This document shows positions 13,650 to 26,372 of a DNA stretch of 64,000 bases, piece after piece (the first letter of the stretch is position 1; each line of letters starts with the position of its first letter). Position numbers and translations under genes: made by a program. Where the stretch lies: the NCBI GenBank assembly GCA_013239625.1, contig MU054220.1, positions 4,957,328-5,021,327 of the forward strand, given 5' to 3'. This DNA is from Lama guanicoe. Taxonomy: Eukaryota. The notes beneath the pieces were generated by a model. It was not told the DNA's origin and did not search any database. It worked only from the letters and a program-made list of their open reading frames with translations.

Positions 13650-14150
13650 CAGCAAATATTGAACAAAGCATAATGGCCCACCAAAGATGTCCATGTCCTA
13701 ATCCCCAGAACATGTGAATATGTCAGGTTACATGGCAAAAGGGAACTGAGGTAGCTGATAGAGTTAAGGTTGCTCATCAGATTGAATACAGTGGCTCACC
13801 TGGATTATACAGGTGGGACTAATGTAATCACAGGGTCCTTAAAAGTGGAATATGGAGGTCAAAGAGAGAGATGTGACTAAGAAGAGTGGTCAGAGATGCA
13901 ATGTTGCTGGTTTTGAAGCTGCAATGAAAGGGGGCCAGAAGCCAAGGACTGTGGCAGGCTTCTAAGAAACTGGAAAAAGCAAAGAAATGAACTCTGCTCT
14001 AGAACCTCCAGAAGGATAGGCAGTGCTGCTGCCCCTTTGATTTTAACCCAATGATATACGCACTGGACTTCTAACCTACAGAACTGTCAGAAAATAAATT
14101 TGTGCTAGTTTAAGCCACTAAATTTGTGGTAACTTTTTATGGCAGCAATT
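13650..14150 (+). mobile_element. MaLR solo LTR (MLT1C/D-like)
   Basis: ataatggcccaccaaagatgtccatgtcctaatccccagaacatgtgaatatg ... ttaagccactaaatttgtggtaac. Confidence 0.88.
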
Positions 14151-14244
14151 AAAAAAAAATAAAAGCACCCACTAAGTCCAGACACACTGCTAGGCATTAC
14201 GGTGATGGAAAAAACATGTTTGAGCTTCAACAGTCTTAGAGAGG

Positions 14245-14620
14245 TGCTATGGACTGAATTGTGTCACCCTCAAAAAATTCGTATGCTGAAGCCCTAAACC
14301 CCAATGTGATGGTAACTGAAGGCTGGGCCTTTGGGAGGTAATTTGACTTAGATGAGATCACGAGGTTGGGGCCCTCATGATGGGATTGGTGCTCTTACAA
14401 CAGGAGATACCAGAAAGTTTGCTTTCTCTTTTTCTCTGCCATGTGAGGGTACAGCGAGATGCAGCTGTCTGCGATTCAGAAAGAGAGTCCTCAGTAAAAC
14501 CCTACCATGCTGGCACTCTGATCTTGGACTTCCAGCCTCCAGAACTGTGCGAGAATAAACTGTGGTTAAGTCACCAGCTTATGGCATTTTGTTATGGCAA
14601 CCCATGCTCAGACAGACTAG
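14245..14620 (+). mobile_element. MaLR solo LTR (MLT1A/B- or MST-like)
   Basis: tgctatggactgaattgtgtc...gaagccctaaaccccaatgtgatgg...tcttggacttccagcctccagaactgtg. Confidence 0.88.
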
Positions 14621-15009
14621 TCAATCAAATACTGGAGACAGAACACTAAAATCAGTGCCAGAAATTAAACCTTAGTAACTTTATCATTTTTCAGGTGATG
14701 ACAAACTCAACAGCCAGGAAATAACTCTGCCATTTCGTGCTGGAAATTTCTGCTCTAAAAGAGACAACTGCATAAAGTTCAGCATGGTAACTCATCAAAA
14801 CAATAGTAGTATCAGCTGTGGGGAAAGAAAATCAGCTCGACTAATTTCTTTTATTGCAGTCCAACAAGTGTGAAATACGCATTAATGACAAAGGTTTAAT
14901 TTTTCTATAAAGATAACAAAATCTACCCAAAGTTTCCTCTTTGTTCATACTTCTCCTGTTGGCCACAACACTGTGTAGCTAAGGGCAATGGGTGGAACAG
15001 AGATCTTCA

Positions 15010-15620
15010 ACTAAAACTGGGTTATGAAACACTGTTGGGCATTTACAAACATTCCCAAAGGGAGTCCTTTAGAAGGACATCTGGCAAACCTAAGAAAATT
15101 AAATACAATGCCTTTTTAGAACCAGAAAATTCCATTTCAAAGAATTCATCTTACAGATATACTCAGTATACTCACAGAAGCATGCAAAGACATATGTATG
15201 AGCATGTTCACTCTCTGCAATAATATTTATGGTAGTAAAAACCTGGAAACAATCTAAATGTCAGTCGTCTAAAGTCTGTAAGTTATAGAACATCCATACA
15301 ACTCAATACTACGCAGTCTTAAGAGAGAAGAGGGTAGCTTTTTATTTCTGATACAGACAGATGTCTAAGTCTTATTAAGTGAATAAAACCTAGTCATGAG
15401 ACAAAATGTTTCCAGCTGTGCATTAAAAAAAAAAACAACCTATGTATTTGCAAATGCAAAGAAACTTTTGGGAAGAAAACACAAATAATCCTGATTGTTT
15501 CCAGGAAGATGGACTGTGGTAGTTATGAAACTTTCACTTTTCATTTTATAACATACTAAATAGCTTGAAAAAATTTTTCAACAAATATATTTTATAGTCT
15601 TTAATTCAATTATAAAATTG
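15010..15620 (+). mobile_element. Old L1ME-type 3' fragment
   Basis: ccagaaaattccatttcaaagaattcatctta...ctggaaacaatctaaatgtc. Confidence 0.65.
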
Positions 15621-15739
15621 AAAAAAATTTTAAGAAAAATTTTAATTTTGATGAGTTTGTTTTGCAAATAAAACTACTGAAATACTTTCTTCATGTTAGT
15701 AGCGATGTTTATTTAGCACTATAGAAAAGGGAACAAGGT

Positions 15740-15950
15740 TTAGAATCAGGTCTGAGCTTGAGTTCACACTCTGCCACTTCCTACCTGCATGGCTTTGGGT
15801 AAGGAGCTTAACTACATTCAGCCTAAATTTCTTATTTAATAGAGAGAAGATCAAATACCCACATCTTACTGAGTCTGTGTGATGATAAAATGAGATCATG
15901 AACATAGAACACTTGGTAAAGTGTTCAGTGAAATACAGACATTAAATTGT
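15740..15950 (+). mobile_element. MIR SINE
   Basis: tctgccacttcctacctgcatggctttgggtaagg...aaatgagatcatg core. Confidence 0.75.
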
Positions 15951-16859
15951 TTTTATTACAGTAAAAGTTGCCTACCAATATCCTCAATTAGAGTCACTTC
16001 CACGTATGACCATCTAAAATGCAAACTCTACGAAGACAGGGACTACAGAGTTCTCACAGCTGTATTCCAAGTATCTAGCACAGGAAGTATGTGTTGAATG
16101 AGTGAGCTAAGCGTGCCAAGTGCGTAATGGGCATACAAAAAGCACTCAGCAAATACTTGCTCTAATGAAAACGTTCCTGACGCCATTTGACCACTTTTGG
16201 CATGTACTACTCTCTTGAGTTCTACCAAAGATTAGTTACCCATCTCAACTCCCCACCAAGCAATTACACTGAAGGTGGAAAGGAGTGACCTTGGGGAAGG
16301 GGGGGTCTTGCCAGTCACCTGATTTTAGCTAAAATAACTAAGTGCCTCAGAAAGAAAGTGAAGACTGAAAATGTTAGTAAAAAAACACATAAACGAGTTC
16401 TTTTCAAAAGTTAGACTCATAAAGTAATGACTACTGACTAAATAAACATGGGAAGCACAATATGATCAGTCCAGTGTGAATTCCTAATAGTATGTCTTGA
16501 AAGCAAAACATAAAAGTGACTTACCTAAATTTCAATTAATATAAATAATGCCACAACCTCAAATACAAGTGCTCTGAGCCTATCATAAAAGGTATGTTGG
16601 AGAGGTAACATATCCAAATAGCCAACAGGAAAGTAGATATCTGAGGCACCATTTTACAACTCTGGTTTAGAGATACCATGAAGTCTTAGGTTGTCTAGAC
16701 CTTTTATTAGTAATGGGGAGAATGAATGAATTAGCTTGTCCCCTTTAAAGTAAATGTACCTCCCTCCTCCAGACTATTAAAATGATGGTGGCCTTTCAGT
16801 GTGCTGATATGATATGCAAGCACTATTACAGGAGTAAATATTGCCTGCACACACAGACA

Positions 16860-18300
16860 TGCATACACTCTTTCTCTCACTTATTCAATAATTCCTGGGT
16901 GTACACTGTGTGTCAGCCACTGTTTGATGGCACTAGGGTTACTTCACTGAATAAAATAAAGTTGTTGCCTTCATAGAGCTTTTGTTCTTGTTAAAAAAAA
17001 AACAGACAATACAGTATATATTACAATATAGTGTCAATAATAAATGCTATGAAGAAAAACAGAGTAAGAAGACAGAGTGATGGAAAGAGATGCTGATTTA
17101 TTAGACAGCTTGGCCACAAAATGAGTGACATGAGAACAAGAAACCTGACAGAAGAGAAGGGATGAGCCATGATGCTGTCTGCAGAGAAGTACTTCAGGCA
17201 GAGGAAGAAGCAAGAGCAACTGTCTTGGTGAACCAAGGACAAATGAACTTGGTGCTTTGAAAACCACTCTGAAGGCCAGAATGGCTGAAACACAGCACAC
17301 AAGAAGGAAAGTAGTATCTAGGGCAAAGAGGTGGCCAGGGACCAGGCTCCCATATCTTGCACAGCCTTACAGGCCATGGTGAAAACTAGGTTTTATTCTT
17401 TAAATGCGATGGGAAACCACTGAAGGTTTTCTTATACTATTTGCTTCCCTTCCCCTACAACCCCTAAAGGAGTGACATGACCAAAACTTTTGTTTTTTAA
17501 AAGATCACTTTGGCTGTTTCGAGGAGAACAGACTCTTATGGGGCAAACGCAGAAGCAAGACCAGTTAGGGGGCCACTGCACAGGTCCAGGAGAGAGCTGA
17601 AGACTGTCTGGACTAGGGCTGTAAAGCTAGAGGCAGGAAGCCATGGTAGGACTCAGGATACACTCTGGAAGTTAAGCTGACAGGCTGCTGATAGACTGGG
17701 TATGAGACGAGAGAGAACGAAGAGTTAAGGAAGATACATACAGAAGATGCAGGGCCTGCACACTCTGGTAACAGCTATGGTGGGAAATCAAGAGTTCAGT
17801 TGAGGACATGATGTATTCGTGGTGTCTATTAGACACATCAGCTAAGTGGAGGTGTTGAGTAGGCAGTTGCAGTTGGATGTATGCATTTGGAGTTCAGAGA
17901 GAGACTGCAAATAGGATTTGGGGAGTGCAGATTTATACGATATTTTATGCCATGAGACTGCATAAGATCATCTGGTGTCCACATGAACAGAGGGAAGAAA
18001 AGGGGCACACTAATATTTAAGACTCACAAAGGAAAAAGGAATTCAGCAGAAGAGAATGAGAGGTCGTAGCCAGGGACTTAGAAGGAAAATCAGGAGTGTA
18101 TGTTCTGGAAGCCATGTAAGGAAACAGGTCAATAAGGCATGAAGACAAATGCCAGGTTGCTAAGAGGTTAAGTAAGATGACAGAGAGCCGAGCACCAAAT
18201 CTGGCAATAAGGAAGGCTCTGCGTACTGTGACAAGAGCTGTAGGGATGAAGGACTGACTGGAATGGGTTTAAGAGAGACCAGTATGGAGAGGGAAGAGAG
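16860..18300 (-). mobile_element. L2 element (3' portion)
   Basis: Reverse-oriented L2 tail (ttattcaataattcctgggt) then aaagatcactttggctg and gtgtctattagacac motifs. Confidence 0.8.
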
Positions 18301-18979
18301 GTGTCCGACTATAAAGAGCCACACAGCAGAGGATCCCCCTCATTCTGCCGGCGTGGAGCACAGCTGAGATGCAGGTACGGTACTGCTCACACCCGGCTCC
18401 CTACATTTCCGAAGGCAAAGCTGTTCTAATTTTTGACCTGACCTGCTGGCAAGCCCTCTTACTCCTCACCGTCAGAGTGCCTTCTGTTCACTTCCACCAG
18501 AGCTGCTTCCAAACTGCAACAACTGCCAAACCCCACAGCTGATCCTAATCCCTGCCCAGCAGTGCAGCTGCCAGGTCCCATCTGCCTTGCCTCAGCCCCT
18601 TCCGAGCCTCTTTTTTGATCTTCTTGTTTATCATTTCCTTGTCTCTTCTCCATACTTTTTATGTCTGATCAATGGCTGACCTTTTAGATACATATCAGAG
18701 ACGAAGAGGATGACCTCCCTTGCATACACAACCTGATCACCGGAGAAAGGCAAGAGTCATCTCTGAAATGATGGCTCTTCTCACCTGTGTACAGCACCGT
18801 TTCTGAAGGCCTCAGGGCTGATTCACTGATGGGTTCCTCGGAGATTTACAGATCTGCAGAAAGTTCTGAGGCTTCCTTTAGGCTAGTCCCCAGATGACTA
18901 CCAGGTTGGTGAGTACTTTAAGGCTTCATTTAGACAACAGTAAATTCCTAAATGGTAGGACCCACTTTTCACACTTCCT

Positions 18980-20150
18980 TATATCATCCATTCAACAGAT
19001 ACTATTGTAGCCTATGTGATTCAGCAGTGGGAGAGATGCTGCAGTCGCAGAGAAGATGGATACAGCTCCGTCCTTGGAACACACAGCAGTCTAGTAGGGT
19101 GTTTTCATAAGTAAACAGACACAACATGGTATGGCAAATGCTTTCGTAAGGGAATAGAAGATGCTCTGAAAGCACAATGAAAGAACAGTTTATTCTAATT
19201 TGCATACCATAGAAACTTCCCTGAGAAAGTGATGTTTAACTTAAGAGTATGAGTTGACCTGACTGGGATGTTTTGGCAGAAGAACATGTAAAAAGGCCCA
19301 GAAGCAAAAGAGAACAGAGTATATTTGGGGACACTAACAGAAGTGAAATATGGCTAAGTGTGTATGTGTGTATATTCTCAGGTGAGGGTGGGACGCTCAA
19401 GATGAGCAGACAGGCTAAAGAGAAGGAAGGGCCAGACCACAAGACATGTTAACACATTCGGACCAAATCCTGCGATATGTACCAATCTGTTAAGGGTAGT
19501 TTTCCTTGGGGAGTAAGAATGAGTAGAGGTTAAGAGGACTTCACTTTATTACTTTAAATACTCCCATAATGTTAGACATTTACTTTTACAATGCTACGCA
19601 TTACTTTTGTAATTCAAAATTTTAATTTAAAAAAAGGCGATTTTAAAAGATTAATTGCACTGTGGAATAAATGGATTGGAAGTAGGACAAGACAGAAGCA
19701 GGAAGTTAGAAAGCTATGGCAATTAATTAGGTGGCCAGAATTAGAGTAATGGTAGTGACTATGGGAAGAAGATAAAATTAGAAAGTAAAACTGAAAGATG
19801 TCAGTAAGGAAGAGGGAGAAATTAAAACAGATAACTAGATTTCTGATTTGGGCAAATGGATGAATGGTGAATGGTGGTGTCTTTCATTAAGTTTGTGAAA
19901 ACAGGGCATGATGGGGTAAAATTTAGTTTAAAGATATGATCATATTAAGCTTGAAGTACCTAGAGGATATTCACGTGGAGTTAAAAGTTAACAAAGACGT
20001 CTTGAATCTATAACTCTGAAGAAAAAAAATATGAGTTGTATTAAGAAACATAGATATTTCCAGCATATATATGGTAACTTAAGTCTTAGGAAAGGATGAA
20101 ATTGCCCAGGTCTATGTTGAGAGTAAAAAGAGAAGGCTGCAGCAAGAGCT
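18980..20150 (-). mobile_element. L2 fragments
   Basis: ccattcaacagatactatt tail plus L2-like purine-rich body. Confidence 0.6.
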
Positions 20151-20174
20151 GGAGTGAGAGCAAGGTCTAAAACT

Positions 20175-20352
20175 TACTTTCTCAGAAGGATCTGTGACCC
20201 ATCTACACCATAATCTTCTGAGGAGTTTGATAAAAATGTAGAAATATTGGTTCTACCACCAACCTACTGTATCAGGCACTGAGTGTTCTGGCAATCTGCA
20301 TTTAAGTAGCCATTCCAGATAGTTTTTGTGCCAAGTAAACTTTTAGAACCAC
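20175..20352. mobile_element. MER5-type hAT MITE
   Basis: gtttgataaaaatgtaga...aatctgcatttaag...aaacttttagaaccact. Confidence 0.7.
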
Positions 20353-23300
20353 TCATTTATAAGATAAGTGGAGGAAGAAGACCCCCCCAAAAAAATTAAG
20401 AAGGAGCTGTACTCTGCCCACCCCTAAAGAAAAATGAGAATTTCATGCCAGAGTAGCCAATGGAGAGGAGAATACCCTTCAAAGCAAAGTGGGCTGACAA
20501 AAAGTCAATATATATTTGTTCAATAAATATTTGGGAAAAGTATTTAAAGTTATAATTTATATCTGTATATTTCCAAGTTTCTACTACCACTGTACAGTAT
20601 ACACAAAATAAATACCTGGGTAAATTATAAGAAGAAAAACAATAGTGGGAGATGGCAGGAAAAAAAAAAAAGGACTGAACGAGAATCACTTTGAGTCAAT
20701 GTCTAGGACAAACTGCAAAGGTTTAGCAGGTGCCTGGTTAGTTAGTGAATAACCAGCATGATCCCTCAGGTCCAAGTACATCTTTGAAGTGTATAAACAC
20801 AGAAATAGTGCTCTATGACAAAAAGATTGTTCTGTTTTGAAAAGCACTGAAATAAAGCTGTCAGCTTCATAGTACCATGGACGCTCTCTCCCAGATCAAC
20901 CAAATCACTCAACATGAGACCAAAATGAAACTACTCCTTCACTTATAAGCTATTAAAGATCAATAAAGATTTAGTGAGTTTGTCCAACTAAATACGATAG
21001 CTCTTCCTTAAGTCATAGTTGTTGAAATAGTCACTTATTAAATAGATCTCTGCCAAGTCTGCGAGGCTTTGGAGCATTCGTTTTGTTAGAAACCTCATTT
21101 GTTCTGAGCAGTTAAGAGGATTTGTATTCTGAAGACATCTGCTTGAATCTGCTTGATAGGAGGCAAAATGATAAAGCAACCCCCAAAGTCATCCACACCT
21201 ATTTGGGATCCTTTCCTACCCATCTGCCCGCAATTTGAAGTTATCACAATACATTTTGCGAGGTAAAGCAAACTGGGAAAGAGAAGACATTGACTTCATT
21301 TGGTTTTATTTTTCTTTCTAGTCCTTCCTTTGTAGGTGTTAGAAAAGTAAAAAAGCACCTCAAACTTAGTACAAAGTGCTCACTTGCATGCTACTACAGA
21401 TGAAGACATTTTTACCTACTGTGACCACCAAATGCTACTCATTAGTGTGTCTTTGGTGATCTTCTCTCCTATGAGTTGTACCATATGTTCTTTAAGAATT
21501 TTCTCCAAATCCAAAATGCCATGGCTTTAAGATTGGAGGAGAGGGAAACAGCAAGAATAATATAATGTTATGAGAGAAAATAAATAATACAATGTTACGA
21601 TAAAGTTGATACTCTAAATTTTTAAGTTGATACTTAATATTCAGACCTCCACTAATGAAGAGAGAGAATATCCAGAGGTAATGAATCCAGTGCTAGAAGT
21701 ACAAATTCTCGATTCTGTAAGTCCACAACTAACAAACTGGTAACATTTCAAGAGCTCATCTGTTAGCTGGTAATGTAGAGCTTGAAGCTGACATTTTTCC
21801 AAGGAAATGATGTGCTAGATAGGCTCTTAGGCTAATTCACATAAGTTTATTTAACCTTCGATGCAAGTGAATTGTTAGACACTTTAGATTATAATAGAAA
21901 ATAGATGTTGCCACATTGGTAATTGAGCAAAAAAGAACATCAAAATGAAACAAACGAAAATTTATTTTGAAGCCGATTCTTCACAATGAAGTCAACCAAA
22001 AGATCCACTAGACTGATTACACTGTAGATCCTCCTAGTAACTAGATTATAAATGCCCACACCTCAAGTCCATGGACTCCAAGTTAAGGACTCCTGCTTAA
22101 ATAAAGTGAGAGGATCTTACCAGTTTCCAAGGACAGGGACACTAGGGGTTCAGAAGTATGCCAGAGCCCAAAGCTGGGAGAAAAGCACAGGGCTGAAGAG
22201 GAGAGGAGAGGCCTTTTTCTTAGATGTCCGCTGACCGCAGTGGGAAATGAACTTAGTGACTGGAGCATCCTCTTCATGTCCCAACTCCAGTATTCCCTGG
22301 ACAATACTGCTGGGAGTTCAGTGGCAATCCAGTAAGCACAGAACCTAAAACCATGGAATATATGCTTCCTAGACGAAGCGGGGATTGTGGATAAGAACAT
22401 TCCCTGAGTTGCCACGCCAAGTACTCAACACCTGCTACTGCCAGAAGCAGCCCCAGCTTTGACCGTGAGGAGGCTGCCTGGAGGAATGTCTGCTTCTCTG
22501 CTCTGACTGAAGGCCCATTTCAACCCCTTACAGATCTAGGGCTTCCAATATACATGCGTGTTCACAAGTCTGCAGTCTGTAACTTTTGAGTCCCTATCTT
22601 TATCATCTCCTCAGGCCTGAAATAGAAAAACCAAACAAATGCGCTCTTCTTCTGGGATGGGCTGCTTACTGTACTTAAAACTTTAATGATGGAAAATGTC
22701 CCTAATCAAGTCTGTATTTGGGGCAATTCAGATTTTTAATTCTTAAGTACTTCACGTTCACTCTGGAAAGCAATGACCTATTATACCTAATTTGGATAGG
22801 TTTAAATATCAAGCGAAAAATTTCAAAAGGTATTTTCTAAGACCTGCTATTTCAATCTGCCCATAACCCTTTCCTTAATATTAGACAGCTTTAAAACTGA
22901 AGTCAGACTTCTACTCTCACTCAGCTATTATAACCAAAAACAAGTAGCAAGAAATGTGGGGTGTCAGGAAACATACAGCATATATACTAAATGTTAATTG
23001 TTATGTTTCTGAAAGTATGAACAGGTCTGCAGGATACCCAAATCCACGTACTAAAGGGATCTTTCAATTCTTTAATAAGTATATCCAAATGTGATAATTA
23101 ATCACAATCTAAACTGAGGTTTGGGTTCTGCCTGCATTCAAATTACTGCCAGGAAAGGCTGCATGGGTAGTGCTTGCATAGCTGTCAGAGAAGAATTCAG
23201 AAGCTGACCATCTCTCTTACTTTATTTATACTGATTTTCCCCTCACATTAAACCCAATTTCTCTTCCCTAGCCTCTGATTGTCACACAGTAATCACCAAC

Positions 23301-24799
23301 TTTATTTCTTCTGGTATAAAATTTTGCAGTTGCCTAAACCTAACACTGAAAATGTTATGTAGCAAAGTATTGGAAATTTCAAACAAGAGGTTCACTAAAA
23401 AAGGCACGTACTAAAGAAATCTTGCTTCCCTAACTTTAAGCCTAACTAGTTACTATAGGGGTGACATGGAAGAGATCCAAAAGATTCTGTAGATTTTTTC
23501 CTTTCCCAAGCAAGTTTCCAGTAACCCCCGCCTTTCCCCCACCAAAACATATGTATCCACCAACGTGCAAAAAGAAGGTATGTGTTTAAAAAACAAAAAC
23601 CAGATCAGACTCTACTTTCCCATTGTAATGTTCAGCATATAATACATTTCTACCAGCTTTCACTTTTCAGGTGGGCTACTTTCTCAGCTGAGTGGCAGGA
23701 TATCAAAATGGGAAGAAGTCAACGTCAGGGAGTACAAATAGCTGTGGCCAAAAACAATACTGCAGAAGAGCCAAGAGGAGAAGGGCTCCTCCAAATGCAG
23801 CAGGAGTGACTTAATTCCATGTTTCCCTTCATCAGGACCTCAGGGAAAACCACCACCAGGAAACAGAAGAAGGGTGGAAGCAACCAGAACTCACAAAAGA
23901 TTTCTGATCTTTTGTTAGAGATGAACTTGTAGTGTTGCCTAAGGTTTCTGAAACACATACACATTTTAAATCTCAGCTCGTATGGCCATGAATAGGAAAA
24001 TTTTCTAATGTAAGTCAGATACAGAGAAAATGCTACTGAACAGAAAGTCAGTCTTTTCTCAGATACCTACTGAAAACCACTTACCAATACCAATGCTGAT
24101 TTTTAAATTGTTTAACTCGTTCACTATATTTAAGATAAAATTTGCCATCACAAGGTGAATCTAAATGTGAACCTCACTTTACACAAAAGTAAACCTTACA
24201 CTGTGTTCCTATCACGACTCATGATGGTGATACAAAACCCAAGGTCCAGTACTTTCGCAGGACAATGGTTAATACATTTCCCATTAGTGGGCTAAACTGC
24301 AAGGGGCACACACTTCACTTTATAAATGTTTGCTGGACTTTACAGGGTTGCTCTCAAGTGTTGTAAGTCATTCAATTTTCCAAGTTTCTGTAGCAAAATA
24401 CACACAGTGTACTTTTTAGGCATCAGCAGCATTTACAAAATGCAGACCATCATAAAGTTATGTAAGAAAAGCAGCTTCTCCTCTGAGGGATTAATTTAAC
24501 CTTACAAGAATCCGGGAAATCGCATATCCTCCTTGCGGGGCTAGGTCAAAGAAACAATGCAAAGAACACTGGGAAACGAGGGCAGTTTCCACTGAAGAGA
24601 TGCAGGCAACGCCACCAGAGGCATCCTCAAGCATTCCTTTGGAAGGAGAGTGTGCCTGTTGTCTCTAGTGAGCCCCTGCTGACCTAGGTAACAGTACGAG
24701 CTGCAACCACCACAGCCTGACACGAATTCCAGCTTGTGGCAGAGGAGACTGGGGGAAGCAGCATTAGATGACACACTGCCTAGGGGTGCCGAAGCTGTC

Positions 24800-25630
24800 A
24801 CCGCCCTGGGACTCGCGCACACCCGGGCGCTGCCACCTGCTTTCTACTTCCTCGGGGAGGGCTGGTGACGCGTAGGCCCGCGAGGCACCAGAGGAGGAAT
24901 AATGAATCTGACTTCTAAACCTAGAGCGCAAAAAAATTCCCCAGGGCCCGACCCCCCACAGCTGGGCGACTCTCCCGAGCGGCGCGCGGCCCCAGAGGTG
25001 GAAGCCTGAAAACTTACAGGCAGCCGAGGCGAGGACCAGGACACAAGTGGGGAGGGGACGGCGCCCGGTCCGAACCCGAGGTCACCCGGACCGCGACACC
25101 GGGACTGTGGGAAGGTAGGCTGGGGGCGGGGCCGCACGTAGCCAAAGAGCCAGGGGCCGGGCCGGGGAATCCCCCCTGAGCTAGGGCGGGCGCAAGCGGA
25201 GACGGACACCCTGGCCGCTACCTGCTGTTGAATCTTCCCGTCCTCCGTGACGACCCAGTGCGTAGTGGCGAAGGCCCCTCGAGCTGCCACACTCAGCAAG
25301 GCGGAAAGGCTAAGGAACCAGCCTGGGCTGGAGCACGGCGGCAGCTCGCACCGGCCGCGGACCCCTACTGCCGCCGCCATCTTGCCCCCCCCAGCCGGGC
25401 CGCTCGCACCGGAAGCGGAAGCGGACCCCCGCCGCCCGCCATCTTGGGGAGGTCGGCGCTGTAGGAGGAGGAGCCGAGGGGGCGCTGACCCGCTGACGGC
25501 CCGCTTCCTCTGCTTTGGTTTGGGTGGCTGGGACGCGCGGCCTCTGGCGCTCTCCCAGTTTGGCTTCAGGCCAAAGACCGCTTTTTTATTATTGTTTTCC
25601 GGTGCGCGATACGATCTCGGAGCGTGGGAA
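24800..25630 (-). promoter_or_regulatory. TTC17: TTC17 CpG-island promoter
   Basis: CpG-rich; tandem ETS/GABP sites ccggaagcggaag (25409-25421); two YY1-type CAAGATGGCGG motifs. Confidence 0.9.
25222..25380 (-). CDS. TTC17: TTC17 exon 1 coding part MAAAVGVRGRCELPPCSSPGWFLSLSALLSVAARGAFATTHWVVTEDGKIQQQ
   Basis: Recognisable TTC17 N-terminus (signal-peptide-like segment then TTHWVVTEDGKIQQQ); strong Kozak AAGATGG; donor CAG|GTAGCG; 159 nt; API5-TTC17 synteny is established. Confidence 0.96.
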
Positions 25631-25867
25631 CCACAGGGAGAGAAATGTAGTGTTCAAGTTAGAGCCTAAGCAAAAATAAGAGGACCCAGACTATATGTAT
25701 ATATGTTTTAATCTTGTTGTTGTTTTTTTTAAGATTTTTATTTCTGATTGTGTCAAATAGTTGGGAAATAAAAGGTGTGCTTTCGAAACATCTAAGGGCA
25801 GGGATAGGTTCTCTTTTACTAAAGTCTCAATAGTGGGAGCTTCAGGATTGTAAGGGTCGTTAGTCTA

Positions 25868-26142
25868 GAGCAGTGCTGACCAGTAGAATGTAATATAAGC
25901 CGTGAATCCCAATGTAACTTTTTTTAAAGTGAAATAACTAACAATCTGTTTAACCCACTATATACAATATATTATTAGTTCAGTATGAAATCTATAGAAA
26001 TTACTGAGATATTTAATTTTGTACCAGGTCTTTGAAATCGGTGTATGTTTTACACTTACAGCTCATCTAAATTCGGACTAGTCAGATTTCAGGGGCTTAG
26101 TCGCCACATGAGGCTAGTGGGTACCTTACTGAGCATCACAGG
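25868..26142. mobile_element. MER3/MER33-type hAT MITE
   Basis: cagtgctgaccagtagaa ... gccacatgaggctagtgggtacc. Confidence 0.75.
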
Positions 26143-26149
26143 TCTAGAT

Positions 26150-26372
26150 CTGGAGACTCCCAGCATTGGCGTCACCTGGAAGCTTATTAGAAAAGTACAC
26201 TCTTGTGCTGTACACCAGAAATTGACACAACGCTGTAAACTGACTATAACACAATAAAAAAATACATAAATAGAAAATTACACTCTTGGCTCTTCTCTCC
26301 CTCCGCATCAGATTCTACCTTCTAACAAGAGTCCCAGGCGACTGGTATGTACCTTAACGTTTGAGAAGAATT
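26150..26372. mobile_element. MER5-type hAT MITE interrupted by a 65-bp L1 3' tail (26206-26270)
   Basis: cagcattggcgtcacctggaagcttattagaaa ... taacaagagtcccaggcgactgg; L1 tail gctgtacaccagaaattgacacaac flanked by an 18-bp TSD. Confidence 0.8.

Noticed and set aside
24844..25221. Extension of the 178-aa ORF beyond TTC17 exon 1
   Set aside because: Runs through the CAG|GTAGCG donor into GC-rich intron; low-complexity CpG-island read-through
25228..25669. Plus-strand ORFs (78 and 140 aa) over the TTC17 promoter
   Set aside because: Antisense shadow ORFs expected in stop-poor CpG islands; no recognisable protein
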